From Bacillota bacterium (GTDB lineage Bacteria > Bacillota > Clostridia > Lachnospirales > Bianqueaceae), in the NCBI GenBank assembly GCA_017442535.1, contig JAFRZL010000044.1:2205-66204 (forward strand): a DNA stretch of 64,000 bases, written 5' to 3'. The translations under genes were made by a program, and so were the position numbers. Shown in pieces: positions 8,444 through 18,404 of the stretch. Position 1 is the stretch's first letter. Each line of letters starts with the position of its first letter. The notes beneath the pieces were generated by a model that did not search any database, had not been told where the DNA came from, and saw only the letters and a program-made list of their open reading frames with translations.

Positions 8444-9906
8444 CTCGCGGCCTCCTCTCTGACCTTTCCGTAGAAAAGGTTGGACCCCTGCCGGTTATAC
8501 TCGATCTGCTCCGGACTGAGCCCCAGTTCTTCCTGGATCATGCGGCTGATCCGCATCTGGCAGTAGCCGCCCTGGCAGCGGCCCATCATCGCGCGGGTGC
8601 GGTATTTCAGGCCGACCATCGTATGCACGCCCAGCGGGTTGTGAATCGCCTGGCGGATCTCGGCCTTACTCACCTGCTGGCAGCGGCAGATTAGTTCGCC
8701 ATAAGCCGGATCCTCGGCAATAGCCGCGGATCTCTCCTCTGCCGTCATATCCGCGAAGCGGCGGATCCCCCGGCGCTCCGGGTTAAACTCCGGATTGGGT
8801 GCGAAAGCTTCCCTCTCCTGCATCATTCCGATCACATAGCGGGCAATCGGAACCGCCGAAGTCAGCCCCGGCGACTCGATCCCGACCAAGTTGACCGCGT
8901 GAGGCGCCAGATCATCCCGGATCTCGATCCGGTAATCCTGGATCACACCCTCTTCGTTTACCCACTTGGACAGGATCCCGGAATATGTCCGGATATAATC
9001 CGCCCTGGTAAAATGCGGCCAGATCGCCATGGCCTCCTGATACAGGCCGTCCAGATTCTTCTGCTCCACGCCATAATAAGAGTAGTTCTGCGTGACCTCA
9101 GCCGTGGGGCCCAGCAGAAGATTCCCCTCCGTCGTCACCGTCACATGGATCCCCATGTAGGTATTGGACGGAACCGTATAGATCGGCATGGGCACCATCG
9201 GGCCCAGCCTTTTGTCCAGAATAATATAATCGCCTTTCGAGCCGATCGTGTGATAGCCGTGAATGCCGAGCATCTCGGAGATCGCGCCGCAGCCGAGCCC
9301 GGCGCTGTTGATGATCCAGCGTGTCCGGTAGTAAGCCGCAGGCGTTTCCACCGTCCAGATGCCGTCCGCGTCACGGGTGATCCCGGTAACTTTGCGGTTA
9401 AAATCGAACCGCACGCCGTTCTCACACGCATTTTCGGCCAGCGCGATCGTCATCATAAAAGGATCCAGGATCCCGCTGTTTTCGGACAGCAGGGCGAATT
9501 CGCCCACCACCGAAGGGATCAGCCGGTGCAGCTCTTCGCCGTCGATCATCCGGAGCCCCGTGGCCCCGTTGCGCTCCCCCTGCGCCATGGTGCGCAGCAG
9601 CTGTTCATAATCGGCCCGGGAATTGCCGACCAGCACCTTGCCGCAGCGCTTGAACGGGAAGTCCAGCTCCTCCGCCAGATCACCCATCATGCGGTTGCCT
9701 TCCACACAGAATCTGGCTTTCAGCGATCCTGTGTCATAGGCAAAACCTCCGTGGCAGACGCCGGTATTGCGCCCGCTTGTCTCGTAGCAGACGTCCGGAT
9801 TCTTTTCCAGCACTACGATCTGCAGGTCATACCGGGCCAGTTCCCGGGCGAGCGCACAGCCGATCACACCGCCGCCGATAATCAGTACGTCATACAAAGA
9901 ATCCAT
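8440..9906 (-). CDS. FAD-dependent oxidoreductase, GlpA/glycerol-3-phosphate dehydrogenase-like, with a BFD-like [2Fe-2S] C-terminal region
   Basis: The start is moved to the ATG at 9906 (MDSLYDVLIIGGGVIGCALAREL), which is preceded by GGAGACAGGGGG. The C-terminal part carries ICRCQQVSKAEI...GRCQGGYC cysteine motifs. Confidence 0.88.
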   Translation of the reverse strand: MDSLYDVLIIGGGVIGCALARELARYDLQIVVLEKNPDVCYETSGRNTGVCHGGFAYDTGSLKARFCVEGNRMMGDLAEELDFPFKRCGKVLVGNSRADYEQLLRTMAQGERNGATGLRMIDGEELHRLIPSVVGEFALLSENSGILDPFMMTIALAENACENGVRFDFNRKVTGITRDADGIWTVETPAAYYRTRWIINSAGLGCGAISEMLGIHGYHTIGSKGDYIILDKRLGPMVPMPIYTVPSNTYMGIHVTVTTEGNLLLGPTAEVTQNYSYYGVEQKNLDGLYQEAMAIWPHFTRADYIRTYSGILSKWVNEEGVIQDYRIEIRDDLAPHAVNLVGIESPGLTSAVPIARYVIGMMQEREAFAPNPEFNPERRGIRRFADMTAEERSAAIAEDPAYGELICRCQQVSKAEIRQAIHNPLGVHTMVGLKYRTRAMMGRCQGGYCQMRISRMIQEELGLSPEQIEYNRQGSNLFYGKVREEAAR

Positions 9907-10038
9907 CCATGTACCCCCTGTCTCCGTTATATTCGGATCTATGTGTACAGTATACCCGCAAAACCCTTTGGATGCAATAGTTTTTTGCGGCAACAGCCCC
10001 CCGGAACGGCTGATCCTCTGCCAGCCGAGGAGTTTTGC

Positions 10039-10066
10039 TTGACTTTTGCTCCTTCTTGTGTATAAT
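10039..10066 (+). promoter_or_regulatory. Promoter of the lipoprotein gene
   Basis: TTGACT, a 16-nt spacer, then TATAAT. Confidence 0.55.
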
Positions 10067-10117
10067 ATAACTGTGTCATCCGTTCGGGATGGCGATGTGT
10101 AATAGTAGGAGGATAAA

Positions 10118-10771
10118 ATGATGAAGAAGTTACTTGCTTGCCTGCTGGCTGTTATTCTGACCGTCAGCGCCGCTGCCTGTATTCAGGTCGATTCCAAAGC
10201 CGCTTATGTCGGAGACTGGACTTATTCCATTGATTTCAAAACACTGGTAGAGAAATCCGAAGAATCCGAAGAAGCAATGGACGCCTTTAAGCAGCTCGGT
10301 TTAGAGGAATTTGTCAATACCCTGAACATGAAGCTGAATCTGTCCTTTACCCAGGACAACAAATTTACTTTCGCGGTGGACGAAGCTTCGATGACCGACG
10401 CGATGACCAAATTCATCGACAAGATGGTCGAGGTTCTGCCGGATCTGCTGGCCCAGCAGACGGGGATGAGCGTCGAGGATATGAAGAAATCCCTGGAAGA
10501 AGCCGGCATGTCTCTGGACTCTCTGGTTGACCAGATGAAAGAAATGATCGATCCGTCCGAGATGCAGACTGCGATCAAAGAAATGTCGATTACCGGTACC
10601 TATCGCGTGGACGGCAACAAGCTGTATCTGACGGAAGAAGGGAAAGAAGAAAACCCCGATCAGTATCTGATTGCCGAAGTCAAAGACAATACCCTCACCA
10701 TTACAGACGTCCACGGCACGGAAAAAATCGAAGAATTCAAAGATCTGCTGCCGATGGTCTTTACCAAATAA
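10118..10771 (+). CDS. Hypothetical lipoprotein
   Basis: Signal peptide with lipobox MMKKLLACLLAVILTVSAAAC. The RBS is AGGAGG, and the gene has its own promoter and terminator. Confidence 0.75.
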   Translation: MMKKLLACLLAVILTVSAAACIQVDSKAAYVGDWTYSIDFKTLVEKSEESEEAMDAFKQLGLEEFVNTLNMKLNLSFTQDNKFTFAVDEASMTDAMTKFIDKMVEVLPDLLAQQTGMSVEDMKKSLEEAGMSLDSLVDQMKEMIDPSEMQTAIKEMSITGTYRVDGNKLYLTEEGKEENPDQYLIAEVKDNTLTITDVHGTEKIEEFKDLLPMVFTK

Positions 10772-10792
10772 TTCAATCGGGCTTAAGCTAAC

Positions 10793-10821
10793 GGCGGACC
10801 GGGTTCCCGGCCCGCCATTTT
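10793..10821 (+). terminator. Intrinsic terminator after the lipoprotein gene
   Basis: GGCGGACCGGG-TTC-CCGGCCCGCC followed by ATTTTAT. Confidence 0.7.
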
Positions 10822-10822
10822 A

Positions 10823-10851
10823 TTGACATTTAACGCGTTCTCTGCTATACT
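10823..10851 (+). promoter_or_regulatory. Promoter of the AKR-xth operon
   Basis: TTGACA, a 17-nt spacer, then TATACT, directly after the upstream terminator. Confidence 0.6.
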
Positions 10852-10887
10852 GATTTCACAAATGGCAGCGCAGAAAGGAGCTATATC

Positions 10888-12033
10888 ATGCATTACCGCA
10901 GACTGGGAAAAACCAATTTGATGGTCAGCGAGATCGGCCTGGGAGGCGAGTGGCTGGAGCGTCACAATACCGAAGAGTGTCGTGAAATCATCGCCTGCTG
11001 TGAGCAGCAGGGGATCAACATCCTTGACTGCTGGATGAGCGAACCCAACGTCCGCACCAATATCGGGCTGGCGATTGCCGGCCATCGCGAGAAATGGTAT
11101 ATTCAGGGGCATCTCGGCTCCACCTGGCAGGATGGTCAGTATGTCCGCAGCCGAGACTTAAAATACGTCAAACCCGCCTTTGAGGATCTGCTGGCCCGCC
11201 TGCAAACCGATTATATCGACCTGGGCATGATCCACTATGTCGATCAGGAGGCAGACTGGGAGGCGATCCAGGATTCGGATTATCTGGATTATGTGAAGGA
11301 TCTGAAGGCCCGCGGCGTCATCCGCCACATCGGCCTCAGCACGCATAATCCGCTGATCGCTCAGAAGGCGGCACTCTGCGGTTATGTCGAAATGATTCTC
11401 TTCAGCGTGAATCCGGCCTTTGATCTGATGCCCCCAAGCGAGGACCTGAATACGCTCTTCGCGGACGAATATGACACGGATCTGAAGGGTACCGATCCGG
11501 AGCGCGCCAGGGCCTACAGACTCTGCGAGCAGCAGGATGTGGGCATTACGGTGATGAAGGGCTATGCCGGCGGCAGACTCTTTGACGCGGCCCGTTCACC
11601 TTTCGGCGTGGCTCTGACGCCTGTGCAGTGCCTGCATTACTGCCTCACCCGCCCCGCGGTCTGTGCCGTCATGGTCGGATATGACTGCCCCGAGCACGTG
11701 CTCGCGGCGGTGCGCTACGAGGATGCGTCCGATGAGGAAAAAGACTACATGTCGGTCCTGCAGCACACCTCCCGGCACAATGCGACCGGTCAGTGCACCT
11801 ACTGCGGCCACTGCAAGCCCTGTCCCATGGATATTGATATCGCTCTGGTCAATAAGTTCTACGACCTTGCCACCATGCAGGCCGAGGTGCCCGGCTCCGT
11901 CCGCGAGCACTATGCGGCGCTGCCCGTCCACGCGTCCGACTGTATCGGCTGCCAGTCCTGCGAGGAACGCTGCCCCTTCGGCGTCCCCATTGCCGAGCGC
12001 ATGCAGCTTGCCGCTGCGCTTTTTGAAGAATAA
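10888..12033 (+). CDS. Aldo/keto reductase fused to a 4Fe-4S ferredoxin-type domain
   Basis: AKR N-terminus MHYRRLGKTNLMVSEIGLGGEW. The C-terminus has CTYCGHCKPCP and CIGCQSCEERCP cluster motifs. The RBS is AAAGGAG. Confidence 0.9.
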   Translation: MHYRRLGKTNLMVSEIGLGGEWLERHNTEECREIIACCEQQGINILDCWMSEPNVRTNIGLAIAGHREKWYIQGHLGSTWQDGQYVRSRDLKYVKPAFEDLLARLQTDYIDLGMIHYVDQEADWEAIQDSDYLDYVKDLKARGVIRHIGLSTHNPLIAQKAALCGYVEMILFSVNPAFDLMPPSEDLNTLFADEYDTDLKGTDPERARAYRLCEQQDVGITVMKGYAGGRLFDAARSPFGVALTPVQCLHYCLTRPAVCAVMVGYDCPEHVLAAVRYEDASDEEKDYMSVLQHTSRHNATGQCTYCGHCKPCPMDIDIALVNKFYDLATMQAEVPGSVREHYAALPVHASDCIGCQSCEERCPFGVPIAERMQLAAALFEE

Positions 12034-12047
12034 TGACGGAGGTTCCC

Positions 12048-12812
12048 ATGTCCGAACTGAAACTGATTTCCTGGAACGTCAACGGCCTGCGGGCCTGCCT
12101 GCAAAAAGGCTTCGCGGATTTCTTCGCGCAGATCGATGCGGATATATTCTGCCTGCAGGAGACCAAACTGCAGGAGGGCCAGTGCGACTGGCACCCCGAG
12201 GGCTACTACGATTACTGGAACTATGCCGAGAAAAAAGGCTATTCCGGCACCGCTGTCTTTACCAGGCAGGAGCCTTTGTCCGTCACCAAGGGTATCGGAG
12301 TAGAAGAACACGACCACGAGGGACGTGTTCTGACGCTGGAATATCCTGATTTTTACCTGGTGAATGTCTACACGCCCAATGCGCAGCGCGAGCTGACGCG
12401 CCTGGATTACCGCATGCAGTGGGAGGATGCCTGGCGGGGTTATTTAAATGACCTGCGCCGCACCAAGCCCGTCATTACCTGCGGCGACATGAATGTGGCC
12501 CATCAGGAGATCGACCTTAAGAATTATAAGACCAACCGCGGCAACGCGGGCTTCACCGACGAGGAACGTGCCAAGATGACCGAGCTCCTGTCGACCGGTT
12601 TTATTGATACCTTCCGCTATTTCTACCCCGACCGCACCGACGCCTATACCTGGTGGTCCTACATGTTCCACGCCCGTGAGAAGAACGCGGGGTGGCGCAT
12701 TGATTATTTCCTGGCCTCCGAGGAACTGAAGGGCACCCTGGTGGATGCCTCCATCCATCCCGAAGTCCCGGGATCGGATCACTGTCCGGTAGAACTGAGG
12801 ATGAGGCTCTGA
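12048..12812 (+). CDS. xth: Exodeoxyribonuclease III
   Basis: MSELKLISWNVNGLRA...FCLQETK...GDMNVAH...SDHCPV are classic ExoIII/APE motifs. The start is set at the ATG at 12048, after GGAGG. Confidence 0.93.
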   Translation: MSELKLISWNVNGLRACLQKGFADFFAQIDADIFCLQETKLQEGQCDWHPEGYYDYWNYAEKKGYSGTAVFTRQEPLSVTKGIGVEEHDHEGRVLTLEYPDFYLVNVYTPNAQRELTRLDYRMQWEDAWRGYLNDLRRTKPVITCGDMNVAHQEIDLKNYKTNRGNAGFTDEERAKMTELLSTGFIDTFRYFYPDRTDAYTWWSYMFHAREKNAGWRIDYFLASEELKGTLVDASIHPEVPGSDHCPVELRMRL

Positions 12813-12853
12813 CGCAATAGGGTTCATCCGGCAAATCGAAAAACCCAAAAAAC

Positions 12854-12902
12854 AAAAAGAGGACTGTAAAAACGAGTCATTCGGTTTTTACAGTCCTCTT
12901 TT
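12854..12902. terminator. Bidirectional terminator between xth and the AT-rich islet
   Basis: An 18-19 bp stem AAAAGAGGACTGTAAAAAC / GTTTTTACAGTCCTCTTTT, flanked by A- and T-runs. Confidence 0.8.
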
Positions 12903-12908
12903 AACCGG

Positions 12909-14273
12909 CTAATCAACAACATATTCCATCAGATTACGGATTTGTTCTGATTCGTTAAAACGAAGCTCTGTCACTTGATAATATGTCTCTGAACGACCTG
13001 AATCCCGTGGTATATCTGCATTATAATATACCAAAAAACGATCTGAGGATGCGGTCAATACCATTGTTCCGAAGTATTTATTATTCTCTTGAATGGTTTG
13101 GGAAAAGGGAACCTCCCCTTGATAGAGAATACTTCCCTGGATATCTAGAACCACGTAATCTCGCCCTGTGTCGCTTTTATTCCCCATTCCCATAACAACG
13201 CCATCGCCAACATAAGAATAATATGTCTGTCCCAGATGAGCTTCTCCCGTCTGAACAAATGAGCGCTCCTCTTCAGAAACAGAATAGATGATTATGTCAT
13301 CCTTAACATAGTATGGATCCACTCTGACAAATACCGGTTTATTCTCATATACCCCTAGCCCTGTCACGAACAGGCCATCTTCAAATCGTTCCTCCCAGAT
13401 GGATCTCTCTCCACCATTTCTTAAATCAAAATCATATAAATTAATATGTTCAAAATTGATATGATCACTGACTGTATATCTTTTTATCAAGAGATACATA
13501 TGGTTCCCTGCAAGTTGACATAAGAAATCAGATCCTTCCTCCGTCGAATCATCTTCAAAAATGATCTCCAGATTATTTTCAGTGTCTCCCAGCTTCTGAC
13601 GAGTAAACTGAATTTTATATTTATATTTCCCGCTTTCTATTATTTCGATCCGATTTCCCATATAAACATAACCGCGGTGTATTGCAAAAAAAGCGTTTCC
13701 GTTTAAATCTCCCATTAGGTCCTGAATATAGATTCTATCCGTTCCTTGAAGGCTCATCCTGTATAATCCATTAGGATATTTCTGTATGAATGCCATGTCT
13801 TGATTCTGTGAAGCACCCGTAAAATAAATATAACCATTATAGTAGGATAAAAAAGCCCCAGGGGCAAAAGCATTGCAGGTTTCTAAATCATGTGTACATT
13901 CTGGTTTTCCGCATAATATCCCCTCCGTACTTGTTTCCCGGTCAAAGAATCTGATATACCTGTCCTTCAGAGGCAGGAGATAAAGAACCGTATTGTTTTC
14001 TGCTAGTCTTGCTAACCGTGTATACCCCACGGGCATATCATATTCAGGGAAAAATTCTTCTGATTGAAACAGCTGTTCGACATTCGAATCTTCCTTTATA
14101 GCAGAATTCTCTATTATTGAACCATTTGACAAGGATCCGTCTGTTGTGGAATCAATATCGTAGTATGGTTCTTCAGAGGAGACAGCTTCAGTAACACATG
14201 ATGATATTAGCAAACAGACCAAAATGATTGCTGCAAACCCTTTACGATATCGCCTTAATGTAGTTTTATCCAT
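12909..14273 (-). CDS. Hypothetical lipoprotein, possibly a DUF5050-like beta-propeller
   Basis: The start is set at the Met at 14273 (MDKTTLRRYRKGFAAIILVCLLISSC lipobox). The gene is AT-rich and carries a CGKPECTHDLETC cysteine/histidine motif. The DUF5050 resemblance is from memory only. Confidence 0.7.
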   Translation of the reverse strand: MDKTTLRRYRKGFAAIILVCLLISSCVTEAVSSEEPYYDIDSTTDGSLSNGSIIENSAIKEDSNVEQLFQSEEFFPEYDMPVGYTRLARLAENNTVLYLLPLKDRYIRFFDRETSTEGILCGKPECTHDLETCNAFAPGAFLSYYNGYIYFTGASQNQDMAFIQKYPNGLYRMSLQGTDRIYIQDLMGDLNGNAFFAIHRGYVYMGNRIEIIESGKYKYKIQFTRQKLGDTENNLEIIFEDDSTEEGSDFLCQLAGNHMYLLIKRYTVSDHINFEHINLYDFDLRNGGERSIWEERFEDGLFVTGLGVYENKPVFVRVDPYYVKDDIIIYSVSEEERSFVQTGEAHLGQTYYSYVGDGVVMGMGNKSDTGRDYVVLDIQGSILYQGEVPFSQTIQENNKYFGTMVLTASSDRFLVYYNADIPRDSGRSETYYQVTELRFNESEQIRNLMEYVVD

Positions 14274-14520
14274 AGATCGTCGTTGACAGAATAGAATGAT
14301 ATGCATTCATATTCACAACATAAAACTTTACCTCTGCAGATTCAACATCAACCAGTTGAGAATGTGAAACACTGCGATAGCCACGCCGCTGAGAAGTGTT
14401 CAGAGTAGCTATTATATCATTATGACTATTTCTGACTTCTCCTGTTGTTTTCACATAGGGATCCGGAATCCCATCCTCCTCATATGATACTGAAATGGCT
14501 CCACGGCAAATTCTTTTCAT
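14266..14520 (-). CDS. Hypothetical small protein (84 aa)
   Basis: The ORF overlaps the downstream lipoprotein start by 8 nt and lies within the AT-rich islet. No recognisable motif. Confidence 0.45.
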   Translation of the reverse strand: MKRICRGAISVSYEEDGIPDPYVKTTGEVRNSHNDIIATLNTSQRRGYRSVSHSQLVDVESAEVKFYVVNMNAYHSILSTTIYG

Positions 14521-14741
14521 TTCAAAATCCCCCCTGCATTTTGTATTATAAGCAGCAAAACATCAAATACGCTCTGCTTTCAGAATAAGTATACATTCTT
14601 CTGCCCAATATGTCAAGCGTATTTTCGTTAACGATTATAACAATCCGATTCATAGGAAGATTCTATTTTCTAATATCCGTTGTTACTGGACTTGTTCACT
14701 GCTATGCGTTCCTTCTATGCTGTATCATCCTTAGAATTATT

Positions 14742-14771
14742 CCGGCGGATCACCTTCCGATGATCCGCCGG
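14742..14771 (-). terminator. Hairpin downstream of the PTS EIIC-like gene
   Basis: Stem CCGGCGGATCA / TGATCCGCCGG. The U-tract is weak. Confidence 0.5.
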
Positions 14772-14788
14772 CAGCATGTCTGACTTTA

Positions 14789-15838
14789 TTAAATCTTCAG
14801 ATCTCCTTCTTTGATCCAGCCGATCCTGCGGGCGATCTCTCCAAAGATCAGTGTCAGGATGGCCGGCAGCACGATGCAGATCAGCACCAGTCCGATCCAA
14901 TCCATCGCGGATATGGCCGCTTTGGATCCGGAGGCAATGTCGCTGATCCAACCGCTGTAAACACCGATGGGGCCCACCAGGCCGCAGGTACCCATGCCGG
15001 AAGCAACAGCAGGTCCATTGTTCTGCAAGTGGAAGACGCAGGTGGCCAGAGGGCCGGTAATCACGCCTGCCAGTATCGGCGGAATCCAGGTGCGGGGGTT
15101 CTTGATGATATTCGGCATCTGCAGCATGCTGGTGCCAAGGCCCTGGGATACCAGGCCGCCGACTTTGTTTTCACGGTAGCTCATGACGGCAAAACCCACC
15201 ATCTGCGCGCAGCAGCCGGCTACCGCGGCGCCTCCGGCAAGCCCTGTCAGACCCAGGACATGACAGATCGCGGCCGACGAAATCGGCAGTGTCAGGGCAA
15301 TACCAACCAGTGTGGAGACCAGAATTCCCATGATGAACGGCTGCTGTTCGGTGGCCCACATGATCAGCGCTCCGACTGACCCAGCGGCTTTGCCGATGGC
15401 GGGCGCGATCAGCATACTGAGCGAGACGCCGACCAGGATCGTCAGTGCGGGCGTCACCAGAATATCCACTTTCGTTTCTTTGGACACGGCTTTGCCGGCC
15501 TCGGAGGCGATGATCGCGATAATATAGACGGAGAGCGGTCCACCCGCGCCGCCCAGACTGTTGGCAGCGGCACCGACCGCCACCAGCGAAAAGAGCACCA
15601 GCTGCGGTGCGTGCAGCGCATAACCGATCGCGACTGCCATCGCAGGACCTGCTGCACTCTTGGCAAAAGTCCCGATCTGCGTCAGGAATTCAACGCCGAA
15701 CTGCGTCCCGATCGTGTCGATGATCGTACCGATCAGGAGACTCGCGAAAAGCCCCTGCGCCATGGCGCTCATGGCCTCGATCAGATAGCGTTTGACCGAT
15801 ATCTCGATGTCTTTTCTCTTTAAGAATTCTTTCATCAT
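14789..15838 (-). CDS. PTS EIIC-like membrane permease (PTS_EIIC_2-type)
   Basis: The start is set at ATGATG 15838, after AGGAGA. It is a polytopic Gly/Ala-rich membrane protein, MMKEFLKRKDIEISVKRYLIEAMSAMAQGLFASLLIGTII.... The family call is from memory. Confidence 0.72.
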   Translation of the reverse strand: MMKEFLKRKDIEISVKRYLIEAMSAMAQGLFASLLIGTIIDTIGTQFGVEFLTQIGTFAKSAAGPAMAVAIGYALHAPQLVLFSLVAVGAAANSLGGAGGPLSVYIIAIIASEAGKAVSKETKVDILVTPALTILVGVSLSMLIAPAIGKAAGSVGALIMWATEQQPFIMGILVSTLVGIALTLPISSAAICHVLGLTGLAGGAAVAGCCAQMVGFAVMSYRENKVGGLVSQGLGTSMLQMPNIIKNPRTWIPPILAGVITGPLATCVFHLQNNGPAVASGMGTCGLVGPIGVYSGWISDIASGSKAAISAMDWIGLVLICIVLPAILTLIFGEIARRIGWIKEGDLKI

Positions 15839-15894
15839 GCTCTCCTCTTGGATAGAATAAGGCGAAGGATGCACGGCCCTTCGCCTTATCGGGT

Positions 15895-17226
15895 TCAGAT
15901 CTCCTCGACCCGGTTGATGCGGACTTTGCTGCAGTCTTCGAGCTGCAGCAGACCGGTCCAGGCCGCTTCACGCGGTTCGGTCCAGTGTACACTGATATTG
16001 TCAAGGGTGAGGCCCTTAACATATTTCGCGAAGAAAGCCGGAATCTCATGCGGATAGACATTGCGCTCGGAAGGCTGCTCGTCAAAGAGGCCCGCCGGCT
16101 GTGTGCCCATCTTGACATATTCGATATCGGCGTTCCGCACCGTGATATTCTCGATCACGCTGTCCGCTTCGCCGCGGAAGAAGGTGCTGGACTCGGCCTT
16201 CATCTGGATATTGTCAAAGGTGATGTTGCGGATCGTGCCGGCTGCCACGTCGCTGCCCTTGCGGTGCGTCGCGGACAGATACATGGGCTCTCCCTTGCCC
16301 CACCAGTCGGGTGCGAAGGAGCGGCCGTTGGCGCTGTGATACTGGCGGACGGAGCCGACGATGTGGTGGATCTGCACGTTTTCGATAACATGTCCGTCGC
16401 GCAGCAGAATGCCTATGCCGCGGGAGCAGTCCTTGACCACACAGTCGCTCATCACGATATTGCGGATATCTCCGTGGGTCTCGGTACCGATCTTGAGCGC
16501 GGAATCGTGGGATGCCAGCACGCAGCCCTTGATCACCATGTTTTCCATGGGACCGTACTGGGTTGTCATCGCTTTGGTGGCCTTGACCACGATCGCGTCG
16601 TCACCGGTCTCGATAATGCAGTCGGAGACCACGACATCCTGGCAGGAATCCGGGTCAATGCCGTCATTATTGGCGCCGCGCGGATTGTTGAAGATCTTGA
16701 CGCCCTGCACGACGACGTGGCGGCAGCCCGCCATGTGCAGCGTCCACAGTGCCGAATTGGCCAGTGTCACATCCTGCACGGTCAGATTGGTAATATCCTC
16801 AAAATATGTCAGGCGGGGACGGAAGCCGTCACTATTAAGCGGGCATTCACCCACTCCATGATCGGCATCGTCATCCACCGTCACCTTCTCACCCTGGCCG
16901 TTGATCTCGCCATGACCGGTGATTGCAATATTCTTCACATGATAAGCCCCGATAAAATAGCCGGACCGGTTGGCCACCGTCGAATCCGGGCTCTCGGTCA
17001 TTGCGATATCCGCGGGATTCAGGCTTGCGAGCAGTACCGCACCCATCTCCAGATGCAGCTCCACATTGTCCTTTAACTTAACGGTTCCGCAAAGATATCT
17101 GCCCGCGGGCACCAATACCCGGCCGCCGCCGGCTGCCGTACAGTCATCCACTGCCCGCTGGATCGCAGGTCCGTCATTAGTAACGCCATCCGCTACTGCC
17201 CCATACTGTCTTACATTGAATTCCAT
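15895..17226 (-). CDS. Glycoside hydrolase family 28 (polygalacturonase-like, right-handed beta-helix)
   Basis: N-terminus FNVRQYGAVADGVTNDGPAIQRAVDDC, and catalytic-region motifs NNDGIDPDS and ETGDDAIVVK. Confidence 0.88.
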   Translation of the reverse strand: MEFNVRQYGAVADGVTNDGPAIQRAVDDCTAAGGGRVLVPAGRYLCGTVKLKDNVELHLEMGAVLLASLNPADIAMTESPDSTVANRSGYFIGAYHVKNIAITGHGEINGQGEKVTVDDDADHGVGECPLNSDGFRPRLTYFEDITNLTVQDVTLANSALWTLHMAGCRHVVVQGVKIFNNPRGANNDGIDPDSCQDVVVSDCIIETGDDAIVVKATKAMTTQYGPMENMVIKGCVLASHDSALKIGTETHGDIRNIVMSDCVVKDCSRGIGILLRDGHVIENVQIHHIVGSVRQYHSANGRSFAPDWWGKGEPMYLSATHRKGSDVAAGTIRNITFDNIQMKAESSTFFRGEADSVIENITVRNADIEYVKMGTQPAGLFDEQPSERNVYPHEIPAFFAKYVKGLTLDNISVHWTEPREAAWTGLLQLEDCSKVRINRVEEI

Positions 17227-17294
17227 GCCATTCCCTCTCTTTATATGTTTTTTGCGGCGCCGGGCGCCGAAATCTGCTTAAATCGAGCCCCGCA

Positions 17295-17903
17295 TCAATA
17301 GAAGCGGCGCTTCTGAATATCCACCTGACGTTCTTCCATGGTACGCTTGTAGATCTTCTTGCGGTCAAGCGCGTGCACGAACTCACGGATCAGATCGCTG
17401 ATTTCCTTGGCCTCCTCCTGACTATCCACGCCAATCACCTGGAATTTGGGCTTCAGGAATTCGCCCTGGCTTTTTTTGATCTGAATCGTCACTTTCTGCA
17501 TACGGTCCGGCTTACCCGGCTGAATACCGGTCGTAATAACCTGTGTCCAGGGGATCATCTGGCCCGCATTATAGATAAACAGGCCTTTCTCGGTAATGGC
17601 CCATTCCGCCTGATTATACGGAGCGACCGCGAAGAATACGAACGCGACGGCAAGCGCCAGCCAGGTAAAGAACGAGGGATCGGCAAACGTGATTCTGCCC
17701 TTCGTCAGGAAAAAGACGACCACCGCCGCGACCAGGGCGGCTCCCACGCCGGCAAGGATGCGCATCACCTTCGTCCACTTGCGGGAATCCCTGTGGTAGA
17801 CCACGGCATCCTGTTCCTGGCGCTGCAGTTCAGCGCGTGCGGCAATGTTGCGCATCAGCAGGAAGAGGATCAAAAAGAACATCAAAATCATGATAATATC
17901 CAT
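17295..17903 (-). CDS. Hypothetical membrane protein
   Basis: Three predicted TM helices followed by a soluble C-terminal domain. Codon usage is consistent with neighbouring genes. Confidence 0.65.
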   Translation of the reverse strand: MDIIMILMFFLILFLLMRNIAARAELQRQEQDAVVYHRDSRKWTKVMRILAGVGAALVAAVVVFFLTKGRITFADPSFFTWLALAVAFVFFAVAPYNQAEWAITEKGLFIYNAGQMIPWTQVITTGIQPGKPDRMQKVTIQIKKSQGEFLKPKFQVIGVDSQEEAKEISDLIREFVHALDRKKIYKRTMEERQVDIQKRRFY

Positions 17904-17915
17904 TGTATCGCTCCT

Positions 17916-18335
17916 TTACTCTTTTCCGTCCGTATTGTCCGGGGCACTGCCCGAAAGCTCCTCAACATAGGCGCCGAGCCGGTTGAAAAGCGCCGGGAAT
18001 TCTTCGGTCCGCGCTCTGGTCAGGTAGTCTCTGACCAGCCGGTCGAACTCGCTCTGGAATTCCTGCATCTTTTCCTGCATCCGGAGGGCCTGGCGGCGGA
18101 TCTGCTCCCGTTCCCGGCGGGCGGCCGCGAGTCTCTCCTCGGCCCGGCATTCGGCCTCTTCGACCATCGCCGCGGCTTTGGCTTCCGCCTCGCGCTCGCG
18201 CTGTGCGATCGCCTGCTCACGCTCCCGGTAGGCCTCGAGCTCCTGCCGCAGCTTGCCGTTTTCCTGTTGCAGCGCCTCGATGCGCGCGGTGTTTTCCTCG
18301 TCTCTGGCCCGGTTGATCGATCCGAAGACTCCCAT
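17916..18335 (-). CDS. Hypothetical coiled-coil protein (E/R/A/Q-rich, DivIVA-like composition)
   Basis: Heptad-like charged sequence ...IEALQQENGKLRQELEAYREREQAIAQREREAEAKAAA.... It lies 12 nt upstream of the membrane protein gene. Confidence 0.6.
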   Translation of the reverse strand: MGVFGSINRARDEENTARIEALQQENGKLRQELEAYREREQAIAQREREAEAKAAAMVEEAECRAEERLAAARREREQIRRQALRMQEKMQEFQSEFDRLVRDYLTRARTEEFPALFNRLGAYVEELSGSAPDNTDGKE

Positions 18336-18404
18336 AGGCCGACCTCCTCCCGGAGCACTTTGCTCCTGTCAAATAAGATCCGTTGATCCTCCGCCGATGA
18401 ACGC

